Below, piece by piece: positions 12,970 to 24,387 of a stretch of DNA of 64,000 nucleotides. A model generated the notes under the pieces. The model was not told where the DNA came from. It saw only the letters and a program-made list of their open reading frames with translations, and did no database searches. The stretch's first letter is position 1. Each line of letters starts with the position of its first letter. The position numbers were made by a program, and so were the translations under genes. Origin of the DNA: Eledone cirrhosa (Eukaryota); assembly GCA_964016885.1 (NCBI GenBank), contig CAXHJY010001326.1, positions 1 through 64,000 of the forward strand, read 5' to 3'.

Positions 12970-14090
12970 AACACCTTCTCCGCACAGACATTCGGCCATG
13001 GGCCAACGACTAATCCTGACTCAATATAGGGATAATCACCTTTGCCTTACGACACCATCTCTCATCTCAATACCATTGTCTTCTCTAACATGTAATCCAT
13101 TGTAAGATCCAATCTTGTAAATACTATGTCACACTCATCACCCCCATCACCATCACCACCAAACACATCACCATACATCCACAATCATCAACATCACCAA
13201 CACCTTCTCTGCCCAGACATTTGGCCATGTGCCAAGGACAAACCCTAGATCGAACTCAACATAGGAATAATCACCAATACCTTACCATACCATCTCTCAT
13301 TTCAGTACCATTGTTTTCTCTGTGTTTTCTTGGTCAGTTTTTAACTTGTAACTCATTGTAACATTCGATCCTGTAAATATCATGTTGCACCCATCACCCC
13401 TACCACCACTAACAAACACATTGCCATACATCCACAACCATCAACCTCACCAACACATACCACACCTAACACCCCACCCTAAACACTGCATGGGTGTGTA
13501 TCTGTGTGTACGTATGTTTGTGCAATTGCTCACACCACATATCCCCACAGGCTATATATATATATACACATGTGTATGTATATAATATGTCTGTCTGGCT
13601 CTGTGTGTATATGTATCTATATGCTTTTACATACGCTCTGAACATTAACGTCTTATAACATGAGCCCCCTTAACAACCTAAACACCGCAACCTTTCATCC
13701 AGTATCATAAACCGCAACACCACACACAAAAATCAGCCACATCTACATGCCAAACTGTCTAGCGACAATCAGCACTCCTACACCACCATCCACTTCAACC
13801 TACACTCGGCATCACTAGCTTATCACACACACATACATTACAGGCAAAAACATCCCTATGAATTAACCCACCAATCAAGACAAACTTCACTGACCACCTT
13901 AGGAACACCAGACGGCATGTATATTCATTTTTCCATTACCATTGTAAGGGGTCTGATGAGCAATGGATTACAGAGTCAGGATAGATCGATACAGATTGAA
14001 CCTTGAGCTGATAAGTGGCGAAACGCGCGTGACCAACCAATAAACGTAATGAAGGAGTAACCAATCATCCCTGTAATTTTATTTCACTAT
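12970..14090 (+). mobile_element. Putative Penelope-like 3' region: two tandem units of about 230-255 bp, degenerate hammerhead, AATAAA, ending in (TA)n
   Basis: Tandem units 12970-13200 and 13200-13455; CTGATGA at 13953 and GAAACGCGCGT at 14020; aataaa at about 14039. Confidence 0.45.
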
Positions 14091-14109
14091 ATATATATAT
14101 ATATATATA

Positions 14110-15612
14110 TCATCATCATCATCATTATCATTTTACGTCCGCTTTTCCCTGCTTGCAAGGGTGGGACAGGTCTTATTCAGCACAGCATCTCTCCACTCGT
14201 CATGGTCCTTCATCATCTCCACCGTGAGCTTCAATGATTGAGGTCTGTTCTCACCACCTCCGCCCATGTTTTTCGTGGTCTACCTCTACCACGTCTTCCT
14301 TCAACTGGCATTTCCTGGCACTTCTTCACCCATCGGTCATGCTCCATGCGCATCACATGTTAATACCACTTCAGTCTCCTCTCCCGTATACTATATTCTA
14401 TCCCTCTCAGACACAGTTTCTCTCTCAACACATTTATGCTGGGTCGTTCACGCACATTTACACTGCACATCCAATGGAGCATGCTTGCCTCATTTCTCTC
14501 CAGCCGTCGCATATCCTCTGCAGTTGCTGCCCATGTCTCACTACCCTCCAGCATCGCGCTCCTCACACAAGCATCCTACAACCGGCTTTTCGTACGCAGG
14601 GAGAAACACTTCTTCGTCAGCAGAGGAAGCAGCTCCCTAAACTTCTTCCAACCCGTCCTTATTCTAGGTACTATGGCCTCGGAACACCCTCCTCCCATGC
14701 TAATCTGATCTCCTAGGTACTGGAAGCTATCCACCACTTCTATAGCACCCTCCTGCATTTGAAAAATGTGTCTATCAATGCGACTTCTACTGTCTAATTT
14801 CCCTGTACATCTACTGCATACATATTTCTCCCTACCTGTTAGTTTGCCTGCTATCCTGCTACATCTCTTGTGTACCCAGGATCTGCATTGTGTGCATTTT
14901 ATAGAATTTATGCCAGTTCCTTTTCTGCATATCGAACATGGCCATTTCCCTGACGGAATCAGGGTTTTGTCCTCTTTTCTACTCATCAACACTTTTGTCT
15001 TAGCTAGGTTCACTCTCAGTCCTCTTGCTTCCAACTGCTGTTTCCATAGCCAGAATTTATTCTCTAGCTCCTCTACTGATTCTGCTATAAGAACCAGATC
15101 GTCAGCATAGAGAAGTTCCCATGGACAGCCAGTCTTAAACTCCTCTGTTATGGCTTGGAGGACTATAATGGACAAGAGTGGGCTGAGGACCGAACCCTGA
15201 TGTACTCCTACTTGTATCTGGAATTCCTCACTAAAATCCATTCCTACCCTGACTTTACTGAGAGTACCTCTGTACAAAGTTTGCACTGTCTTTGCAAGCC
15301 ATTCCTCAACACTTAGCTTCCTTAGGGATCACCAGATGACAGATCGGGGTACCCTATCAAAGGCCTTCTCTAGGTCAACAAAGGCTAAGTATAGTGGCTT
15401 ATTTTTCTCTAAGAACCTCTCTTGCAATTGTCTCACCAAGAAGAGGGCATCTGTTGTACTCTTCCCAGGCACAAAACCAAACTGCATCTCATCTAGTTTG
15501 ACCCTTTCTCTAATTAGTTGTGCTAATATCCTTTCTGCCACTTTCATAACCTGATCTATCAGTTTTATACCCCTATAATTGCTCCTATTTTATACCCCTA
15601 TAATTGCTCCTC
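14110..15612 (-). mobile_element. 5'-truncated RTE LINE (RT, PHD-like finger, 3' tail (GAT)n)
   Basis: QFGFVPGKSTTDA, FVDLEKAFDRV, GVHQGSVLSPLL, LLYADD, YLG, RRLKWY; tail aaaagcggacgtaaaatgat. Confidence 0.95.
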
Positions 15613-15796
15613 ACAGCCAAAGATGGCCGTCACTGAAATATATATAGCAGTAATAAACGAAGCTAAATTTTAATCATTTGACTTTTATTTAACTTTATTT
15701 TACACTACTCCGGAGTAAGCAAACCAACCTGCGCACTTCGTCGAGTGCTCTAGCCTGCATACTGAGGTGTTGGTATACAACCAACATAAACTCAAA

Positions 15797-15797
<1 letters not shown>
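15611..15797 (+). mobile_element. Penelope-type mini-element fragment carrying the 3' half of a hammerhead
   Basis: tcacagcc..tggccgtcactGAAAtatatatagcagt is homologous to 19529-19584; downstream ccggagtaa..cttcgtcgagt matches 19933-19977. Confidence 0.6.
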
Positions 15798-15829
<32 letters not shown>

Positions 15830-16269
15830 TACACACATATGCATGTGAATACACTCACACACATACATCCATTATATATAGTTACTGTATGTTTCTATGA
15901 AATAAAAAGCCATATATATAACATTGTAATAATAGTTTAGATGTTATGGGTGTTTGGGAATAAGTAATGAAAAATGTTAACTAAAGAACAAAGGAAAGCT
16001 GTGATATTTGTCAGATACAAGATATTGTTACATCATATTACGATATTGTATTACTCAGATTATTAACTTCATCCGTCATATTCCATTCTCTATAAATTGA
16101 TCAACAGAAAAATTCTTGAACACAATTAATATAAATAATGTTAGCAGTCAAGAAACTCTTAAGTACCTTCAAAATACTTGTGTATATTGAACTGATTGCA
16201 GCATAATGTAGTGTAGTATACACTCAAACATATATTTGTATGTATATAAACATATGCTCACACTGTGGC

Positions 16270-16567
16270 AGGTCTTTGAGAAATCATAGGGGTACTGCCA
16301 AGAGGTGTAATCTTGCAGACCTCAAAAAGGCATATCACAACATTCCACAGCATCTGCTCTGGAAGGTTCTGCAGGAGTATGGGTCGAATGTCAGCTTCTT
16401 ATTGCCCTGATCTCTCTATACAAATGCCTTTGTGTTTGGATAAATGGTGCTAAAATCAAAACCATACAAAATAGGAGTCAGACTCCACCAATGCTGCATA
16501 CTGTCGCCTCTTTAGTTCATTACTTTCATGACCAGGATTGATGTACGCACCTGGATTAGAAGTGGCA
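16270..16567 (+). mobile_element. Old RTE (Expander/Rex3-like) RT fragment
   Basis: Degenerate DLKKAYHNIPQHLLWKVLQEYG...GVRLHQCCILSPLL. Confidence 0.7.
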
Positions 16568-19010
16568 TCATGACAGAATCAGAGTTTTGTCCTCTTTTCT
16601 ACTCATCAACACTTTTGTCTTAGCTAGATTCACTCTCAGACCTCTTGCTTCCAACTGCTGTTTCCATAGCCAGAATTTATTCTCTAGCTCCTCTACTGAT
16701 TCTGCTATGAGAACCAGATCGTCAGCATAGAGAAGTTCCCATGGACAGCCAGTCTTAAACTCCTCTGTTATGGCTTGGAGGACTATAATGAACAAGAGCG
16801 GGCTGAGGACCGAACCTTGATGTACTCCTACTTGTATCTGGAATTCCTCACTAAACTCCATTCCTACCCTGACTTTACTGAGAGTGCCTCTGTTCAAAGT
16901 TTGTACTGTCCTCACAAGACATTCCTCAACACCTAGCTTCCTTAGGGACCACCAGATGACAGATTGGGGTACCCTATCAAAGGCCTTCTCTAGGTCAACA
17001 AAGGCTAAGTATAGTGGCTTATTTTTCTCTAAGAACCTCTCTTGCAATTGTCTCACCAAGAAGAGGGCATCTGTTGTACGCTTCCCATGCACAAAACCAA
17101 ACTGCATCTCATCTAGTTTGACCCTTTCTCTAATTGTGCTAATATCCTTTCTGCCACTTTCATAACCTGATTCATCAATTTTATACCCCTATAATTGCTC
17201 CTCTCCAGAGCATCCCTTTTACCTTTGTAGCAATTTATGAGAATATTGCTGCACCAGTCTTTGGGTATGACACCACCATATATAGCCTGATTGATGATGC
17301 ATGCAACCAGTTTAGTGCCTACGTCCCCTGATGCCTTCAGCATCTCAGCAACTATTCCCGATGGTCCAGCAGCCTTACCATTTTTCATTTCCTTAATCAC
17401 CTCTTGGACCCTATATTCATCAATCTCAATAGCTGGTCCCCCTGTCGGATCTACTAAGGGTAATTTCTCTCTCTCCCATTCGTTCTCCACATTCATCAGT
17501 CTCTCATAATGACATTTCCAGGCCTCCTTTTTCTGATCATTCGTGACACTAAGTACACCGGTATCATCCCGGACACATTTATCTCCAAAAACATCCTGAT
17601 TTGCATTGACACACTGCCTTGCAATGTAGAACACCGCATCCCTCTGATCTTCCCGTCGCAGAACATTGGCAAACCTCCTACTCTCCGCCTCCCTGCATGC
17701 TAAGTACACCTGACGTCTAGCTTCTCTCTTAGTGGCTGTATATTCTTCCCTACTCCCTCCCTTTTTCCAAGCCTTCCATGCTAGTATTTTGTCTCTAATG
17801 GCCTTATCTACTGTGCTGTTCCACCACCAGGTCACTCTCTGTCTGGTTGGAGCTCTGCTCCAGCCACAAGTTTCATCAGTAGCCTGCACTAAGTTGTCAC
17901 GTAAGAAATTCCAGTTATTATCTATGTCATACGTCTCTAAATCGTCTTCTTTTTCGTCATATACATCTTGAAGGGCTTTCCTAAATTTGTATTTTAGTGA
18001 AAGGTTTTTTAGCTTCCAGACCTTTCTTCTCCACACCTTCCTGTATGTCTCATTCCATCTCTTGCTTACTGAGATATCACTAACAACTAACCTATGCTGT
18101 GGGGTACATTCTTTCCCAGGGTATGCCTTGGTATTAGACACTATCTGCCTGTCCCGTGCCTAACTAGTAAGAAGTCAATCTGGCTTATATGCTCACCAGA
18201 TTTGTAGGTTATTAGGTGATTGGCAGGTTTCTGGAAGTTTGTGTTGCAAATAGTCAATGTACCCGCATCACAAAATTCAAGAAGTCTCACACCTTCTTAA
18301 TTTCTTGAGCCGTAACCATGCCCATCATGTACCCCAGTGTAACCATCCTGGAACTGTCCAACATGACCATTGAAGTCCCCTGCTAGCATAACGATGTCTC
18401 TGTCCTTTGTCATAGCGGCTGTTTGTAAAAGTTGGTCGTAAAAGCAGTCTTTCTCTTTTTTGCCTAGGCCTGCTTGGGGAGCATAGGCCGAGATGATTTT
18501 CAGTAGTCTCCTGCCTACAACTAATCTAAGCTTAATTATTCGATTACTAACTCAAACTACCTCTATTGTCTTATTGATCCATTTCTCAGCCAGGAAAATG
18601 CCTACTCCTCCTAACCCATCATCCTTACCTACCCAGAATAGCTTATAGCTAAGACGTTTGCCTATGACTAGTCTCGCAGAGGCACCTCTCCATCTCACCT
18701 CCTGCACGCAGCACACATCCACATGCCTTCTCTCCAGCATCTCAGCTATTTCAGCAGATCTACCTCTAAGAGTGCCAACATTAACTGTTGCAACTCTGAG
18801 ATGCGACGTCTTCATATTTTGTTGTTGTTCCTATTTGTTGCTGTGCTGATAAGCGTTTTGGCATTGATACACTGGTTGGATGCCCTTCCTAACACCAGCG
18901 CCACTTTACAGCATGGACTGGGTGCTTTTATTTGTGCCACCAGCACTAGAGAGGATGTCTTACTAGACTCAAGGGCCCTCTCTACCCCTCCATTTTACAG
19001 CATGGTCATT
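16568..19010 (-). mobile_element. RTE LINE, 5' UTR plus AP endonuclease plus RT, 3'-truncated and disrupted
   Basis: ATG at 18815; RVATVNVGTL, CVQEVRW, ISAYAP, GDFNGHVG, QHRLVV, GKAAGPSGI, NYRGIKLM, YADD. Confidence 0.95.
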
Positions 19011-19174
19011 AAAAAAAATATATATATATATATATATTATAAAGTGAGGTTTTTTTTACAAAATGAAAAATAACCGAGGTCTCCTACACGAGTGAAAGTA
19101 TAAGGAAAAAGAGATGAAATCGAAAATGCAACTGAAGTCTTATTTTTTTTAAAAATATATATATTTATTTGGTT

Positions 19175-19212
19175 CCTTTACCGGTTTCGCAGTTCTTCTG
19201 CTTTTCAAAAGG
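19175..19212 (-). ncRNA. Minimal type I hammerhead ribozyme fold with U3-A8 core variant
   Basis: cctt UUGAAAA gcag-aagaa-ctgc GAAA ccgg UA aagg. Confidence 0.65.
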
Positions 19213-19287
19213 TGAGTTGAGATGGAGGGTCTGTGGTTTTTCTCACATCTGATATGAGAAAAACCACAGACCCTCCATCTCAACTCA

Positions 19288-19325
19288 CCTTTTGAAAAGC
19301 AGAAGAACTGTGAAACCGGTAAAGG
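19288..19325 (+). ncRNA. Minimal type I hammerhead fold with U3-A8 core variant (mirror arm)
   Basis: cctt UUGAAAA gcag-aagaa-ctgt GAAA ccgg UA aagg. Confidence 0.6.
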
Positions 19326-19394
19326 AATCAAATAAATATATATATTTTAAAAAAAAATAAGACTTCAGTTGCATTTTCGATTTCATCTCTTTTT

Positions 19395-19489
<95 letters not shown>

Positions 19490-19528
19490 GTGACGAAACA
19501 CGAGGCATGAACTCATAATCCTTTATTT

Positions 19529-19584
19529 ACTGCTATATATATTTCGATGATAGCCATTGAATGGCTATGACCTCATCAGGCAGT
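19529..19584 (-). ncRNA. Type I hammerhead ribozyme, canonical core
   Basis: actgc CUGAUGA ggtcatagcca-ttcaa-tggctatcatc GAAA tatata UA gcagt. Confidence 0.75.
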
Positions 19585-19810
19585 TAGTCAGTTCTTAGAT
19601 ATGCCAGCTCTGTGTTTATGGTGTTGATGGTATCAGAGCCTTGGGACATATATATGTGAATATGTGCACATGTATGTATGTATTATATATATGTGACCGG
19701 TACTTTGGAAGACCATCACCAAATATCAGCCCAGAGCATATCAATGAATCAAAACAACAGAAGCTTTATTTCATTGTTATGATTTCTGTTATTTTTTGTT
19801 CCACTTCTAG

Positions 19811-19980
19811 CTGTCTGATGAGGTCATAACTGTTGCATAACGGTTTTCACCGAAATATATATATAAAAACAATTATGACTAAACAAAATGAATTATAATC
19901 TGGTGATTTGTACTTCATGTATATAAATATATTCCAGAGTAAACAGACCCACATATGTACTTCGGCGAGTTACTCTAATT
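19811..19980 (+). mobile_element. Penelope-type mini-element with hammerhead (stem I decayed)
   Basis: CTGATGA at 19815, stem II ggt..aactgtt/aacggtt..acc, GAAA at 19852; same family as 15611 and 19529. Confidence 0.6.
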
Positions 19981-20075
19981 AATATATATTTATATATTTT
20001 TATATAAATATATTATATATACCTTCTTCATTGTCATTATAACATTCACCTGCTATTATGGGTTATATATATATA

Positions 20076-20178
20076 TCATCATCATCATTTTACGTGCGCT
20101 TTGCCATGCTTGCAAGGGTGGGACGGTTCCTATTCAGCACAGCATCTTTTCACAGTCCTTCGTCATCTCCACCGTGAG
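20076..20178 (-). mobile_element. RTE extreme 3' end fragment
   Basis: Matches 14110-14230. Confidence 0.85.
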
Positions 20179-20204
20179 ATTATATATATATGTGTGTGTG
20201 TGTG

Positions 20205-20216
20205 GAGAGAGAGAGA

Positions 20217-20295
<79 letters not shown>

Positions 20296-20296
20296 G
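20205..20296 (+). repeat. (GA)n microsatellite
   Basis: Direct read. Confidence 0.95.
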
Positions 20297-20819
20297 GGTA
20301 AATAGATATTGGTTTCATTTCATTTCAATATTAATTAAACATCATTCTTTTGACCATTTTTTATTTGAAACATTAAAAAGAAAACATGTTTGTCATTTGA
20401 TTGCAGAGCAATTTTTGACAAACTGAAGTAATTAATTAGACAAATGAAAGAAATCCTATTTTAATTACTTCTTTGTAATTAACTACATATTTTTAGCTTG
20501 TGAGATCAACTCAAGCTTGGAATCACTTCGTCTTTAATATATTCTTGTGTTAGTGGGAAAAAATGCAGTTCTAGGTTTGATCCTTTGCATATCTTGAGCT
20601 ATTTTCAATATCTCATTCAAATCTCTAACAATTCAGCCACTCTTGATTGTTTATTTATTGACCTCAAAATGATGGAGAGCAAATGATGATAGGATTAAAA
20701 TTCAGGTTTCAGGAAAATGTAACAAATAACACAAGTTACCCTGTCTCACTAACAATTTCACCAATTCAACACAAAGTCTAAAACTCTAAAGTCTGTCTCG
20801 AGAACCAGAGGCTAACCAC

Positions 20820-21060
20820 ACCAGTGCTTATCCTGGTTTCCATGGTCTTAAGTGACTGAGAGTACAAGACTTCCTCTGGACAGGTCACTAGTCCATAGCT
20901 GGTTAAACCCTCAGCTATTGCTGGTACTCATTTTCAGATCAGTATACTGGAGCCACATGAAATGAAGTGGTTGCTCCAGAAAACCACACACAACCCAGTC
21001 TAAGAATCGATTATGATCTTAAGTCCAACAACCTTATCATGAGGCCATGCACTTCCACAA
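20820..21060 (-). mobile_element. Diverged CORE-type SINE
   Basis: actcattttcag..tactggagc..tgaaatgaagtggttgctc followed by a tRNA-like head. Confidence 0.6.
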
Positions 21061-21343
21061 GACTAAAAGGAAAGGATGCAAAGTTAAGTTGGCTTTGTCA
21101 GGATCTGAACTTAGAACACAGAAAACCAGAACAAACAATCCAAAGTATTTTATCCTACATTCTTACAACTCTAAGTAATCAGATCAGGTCTCCACCCCAA
21201 GGATCTGAAAACCTTCTCCCCTTTCTACCATAGGTAAGGTCATATGTGCTGCCCTTTTTTTGACAAACCCATTTCATGAGACACTCAAAACTCTACCATT
21301 GCTACATATGTGTATATCTCTCTCTCTCTGTATATAAATAATA

Positions 21344-21394
<51 letters not shown>

Positions 21395-22477
21395 GAGAAG
21401 AAAGGGACATTTAAAGATATTTTGATTAAGGTGTCAGCTGTCTCAACCAATCCTATTATAATGTAATCTGCACAAAAATCTAAAAATATTGTGTGTCCCG
21501 CCTCCTCTCCTGCCTTTTCCAAATTATCTACCCTAGCCACTAACCATATACCACATGTTTATATCCTTCCTGGCAGCTCCATATTGATTCCTCATGAAAT
21601 ATTATCAAATTTCTGAACAGCAGACACACAAAGTAAATTGATAAGGAAGCACACAAACACACACAAAGACACCTACACAAACATTATAACAGTATGATTG
21701 TCATAGCAAATCTATCACAGCTTAAACCATAACTTAATGGCCACATCGTTCTTTAGAAGCTTACTAAATGGATACTTCCACAAAGACATTTCTCATTTCT
21801 GAAACAACAGGCTTAGCTAGTACAAATTCTTTAACTATACACATGATTCATTAGGCAGGCTTCTAAGTGGCAAATTTGTCTACAAAAAATGAGATAAATA
21901 GTAATTTATTCTTAAGACAAAATACCTATTATCTTTGTGATGCCTTTAACAGATGCTTCTAGAAAGCTGTCCTCTGATATTCAGAACTTTAGTTGTTTTT
22001 CTTTAATTTAAAAAACATTTATGGCAACCTATTTTCCTATTACTGGTTTCCATACTTGATCTTACATCAATCCAATATTGTTATCAACTAAAAAGAATCT
22101 ACCACAGATTATATATAGTTAATATATTTGAGATTTCTTGTTACTTCATACACATACTGCCCAGAAACTGTGCATAGCATGATAATTATTATCATCATTA
22201 TCATTTTTATGTTCTCTTTTCCATGCTCGTATAGGTTAGATGATGTGTCCTCTCCAAAATAATATCTCTCCACTTGTGTTCCTTTATCATCTACATTTTG
22301 AGGTTCAGTATCCTAGGTTTAGCTTTCACGACATCTGCACATGCTTTCCTTGCTCATCATTCATTCAACAATTATGATGGATACACATTGCATCACTGCT
22401 CCATTGCAGTTTTCTCACTTGCATGCAACATTTGATTTCTCTTGTATTTTGAACAATTACATTAGTGACGTGTGTAT

Positions 22478-22650
22478 CATCATCATCATTTTACGTCTGC
22501 TTTTCCCTGCTTGCAAGGGTGGGACGGGAACTGATTCTGGCTTGATTTCTACAGCTGGATGCCCTTCCTAACACCAACCTCATTTACAGTGAGTGCTGGG
22601 TGCTTTTTTGCCGTGGCACCTCCACGACCACTTTGCAGTGGAATGATAGA
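22478..22650 (-). mobile_element. 5'-truncated CORE/RTE-bipartite SINE
   Basis: Near-identical to the 3' half of 35514-35868. Confidence 0.85.
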
Positions 22651-22795
22651 TGGAGAATATATGGCCCTGGAGGATGGCAAGAGAGATGTGCTAGAACAGC
22701 CAACTCAGCTCTGATAGCAATGGGTAGGGACGTGGTCCAGGAGCCAAGAGTGCCAGATGTCTCCACAGCTACAGGATCTATCACAAACTTACATT
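22651..22795 (-). mobile_element. CRE-like non-LTR element, restriction-like endonuclease C-terminal remnant
   Basis: PVAVETSGTLG followed by QHISLAILQGH, resembling the PxAVETxG...QRxSxAxQRGN signature. Confidence 0.5.
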
Positions 22796-23286
22796 AATTG
22801 TCTTGAGACATATAGTGTCATCCGTTCAAAACATTTTCAGTTCAAAACCCACTGAACCATTTTGATACCAGACCAGTCTATATTGGTAGTTTTGGTGCTA
22901 CAATAAAATGCAATAATTATATTCTGCAAAATGGTTGGGTTTAGGAAGGGCATCCTGCAGTAGAAATCATGCCAGAAATGGAATATATGAGTAAATCATG
23001 GTACCGCATCCCACCTGTTTAGTTTTAGAATCTGATAACCCTTCCAGCCCATACATGCATGGCAAGGGGATGCTGAAGATTATGATGGTTATTAATTCAT
23101 TCATGTATTATATAATACTTTCATATCCATATTTCTCCTGAAGTGCACTGTTTGTGTATATCAATTAATTAAAAATATAATCAAATCTTTGGCTGGATTT
23201 CAGCATAGAAAACAAAGAGTCAGAACAAATACTAATGCATTTAATCTGATGCTGTAATGATCATTAAATAAACGTAGTATTGATAC

Positions 23287-23327
23287 CTTGCAATGATACT
23301 GAGTGCATAGCCACCAATCGAAGCTTG
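23287..23327 (-). CDS. Candidate 41-nt internal exon (QASIGGYALSIIA)
   Basis: ttctgtttatcttaag acceptor and aag|gtatca donor; higher-complexity island in AT-rich DNA. Reading frame inferred. Confidence 0.3.
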
Positions 23328-23534
23328 CTTAAGATAAACAGAATTAAATGTAAACAAAATATATGGAAAATTAAAAAAAAAAAAAAAAAGCAAGCTTGAA
23401 AAAGAGAAGCAGAGAGAGAAAAATGAGAATTGCAAAAATATGAAAAAGATATAAATTTGTAATATACATGCACACATACATATATGTGTATACACACACA
23501 TGGTTATATACTTATACAGACACACAAATGTGTA

Positions 23535-23582
23535 TACACACACACACACAGACACACACAGACACACACACACAGACACACA

Positions 23583-23642
<60 letters not shown>
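23535..23642 (+). repeat. (CA)n microsatellite
   Basis: Direct read. Confidence 0.95.
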
Positions 23643-23653
<11 letters not shown>

Positions 23654-23659
23654 TATTAG

Positions 23660-23862
23660 AAAGTGAGGCTTTTTTACAAAATGAAAAATAACCGAGGTGT
23701 CCTACCCGAGTGAAAGTATAAAGAAAAAAAGATGAAATCGAAAATGCAACTGGAGTCTTATTTTTAAAAAAAATACATATATTTATTTGGTTCCTTTACC
23801 GGTTTTGCAGTTCTTCTGCTTTTCAAAAGTAGAGTTGAGATGGAGGGTCTGTGGTTTTTCTT
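23660..23862 (-). mobile_element. Single-arm copy of the 19041 element; hammerhead has G12>A
   Basis: Closely similar to 19041-19243; retains UUGAAAA. Confidence 0.8.
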
Positions 23863-24007
23863 ATATATATATAAACAAATCTCATGGAGGTCACCTATGT
23901 GTTTCAACCTTCTGGAATCCATAAAAAAAGTTCCATTCAAGTTCTGGGGTTGATTCTATCATATTTCACCTTCAATGCTGGCTTTGTGCCATTATTATGT
24001 ATAGAAA

Positions 24008-24196
24008 GGGCGGTGGATTGGCAGTATCAGTAGAGAGTCGGACGCCATGCTTTCCAGCATAGTTACGTCCCTTTACGGTCTGTGTTCAAATCCCGCCGAG
24101 GTTAACTTTGCCTTTCATCCTTACGGGGTCGATAAAATAAAGTACCAGTAATGTACTGGGTAATTGCTGGCCTTCTGCCAAAAGTAGAAACAATTA
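24008..24196 (+). mobile_element. Meta-like SINE with 17-bp TSD
   Basis: TSD attattatgtatagaaa at 23991-24007 and 24193-24209. Confidence 0.9.
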
Positions 24197-24387
24197 TTAT
24201 GTATAGAAATAATTCTATATGTATATATGTGTGAGTATGTTTATCTGTGAGTGTATAAGTATGTACTTATATATTATATATATATATATAATGTAGGAGG
24301 TGAGTTTTATTGTAGCACAATAAAGCAATGCAAATATCGGATATGTAGCACTCTGTGCTACATATCCGATATAGGACTGGAGTATAA

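Larger units (their letters stand above)
19041..19401. mobile_element. Palindromic Penelope-type mini-element (about 150-bp arms, centre 19250) embedded in (TA)n
   Basis: 19099-19249 is the reverse complement of 19251-19401 with few mismatches; a half copy lies at 23660-23862. Confidence 0.8.
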
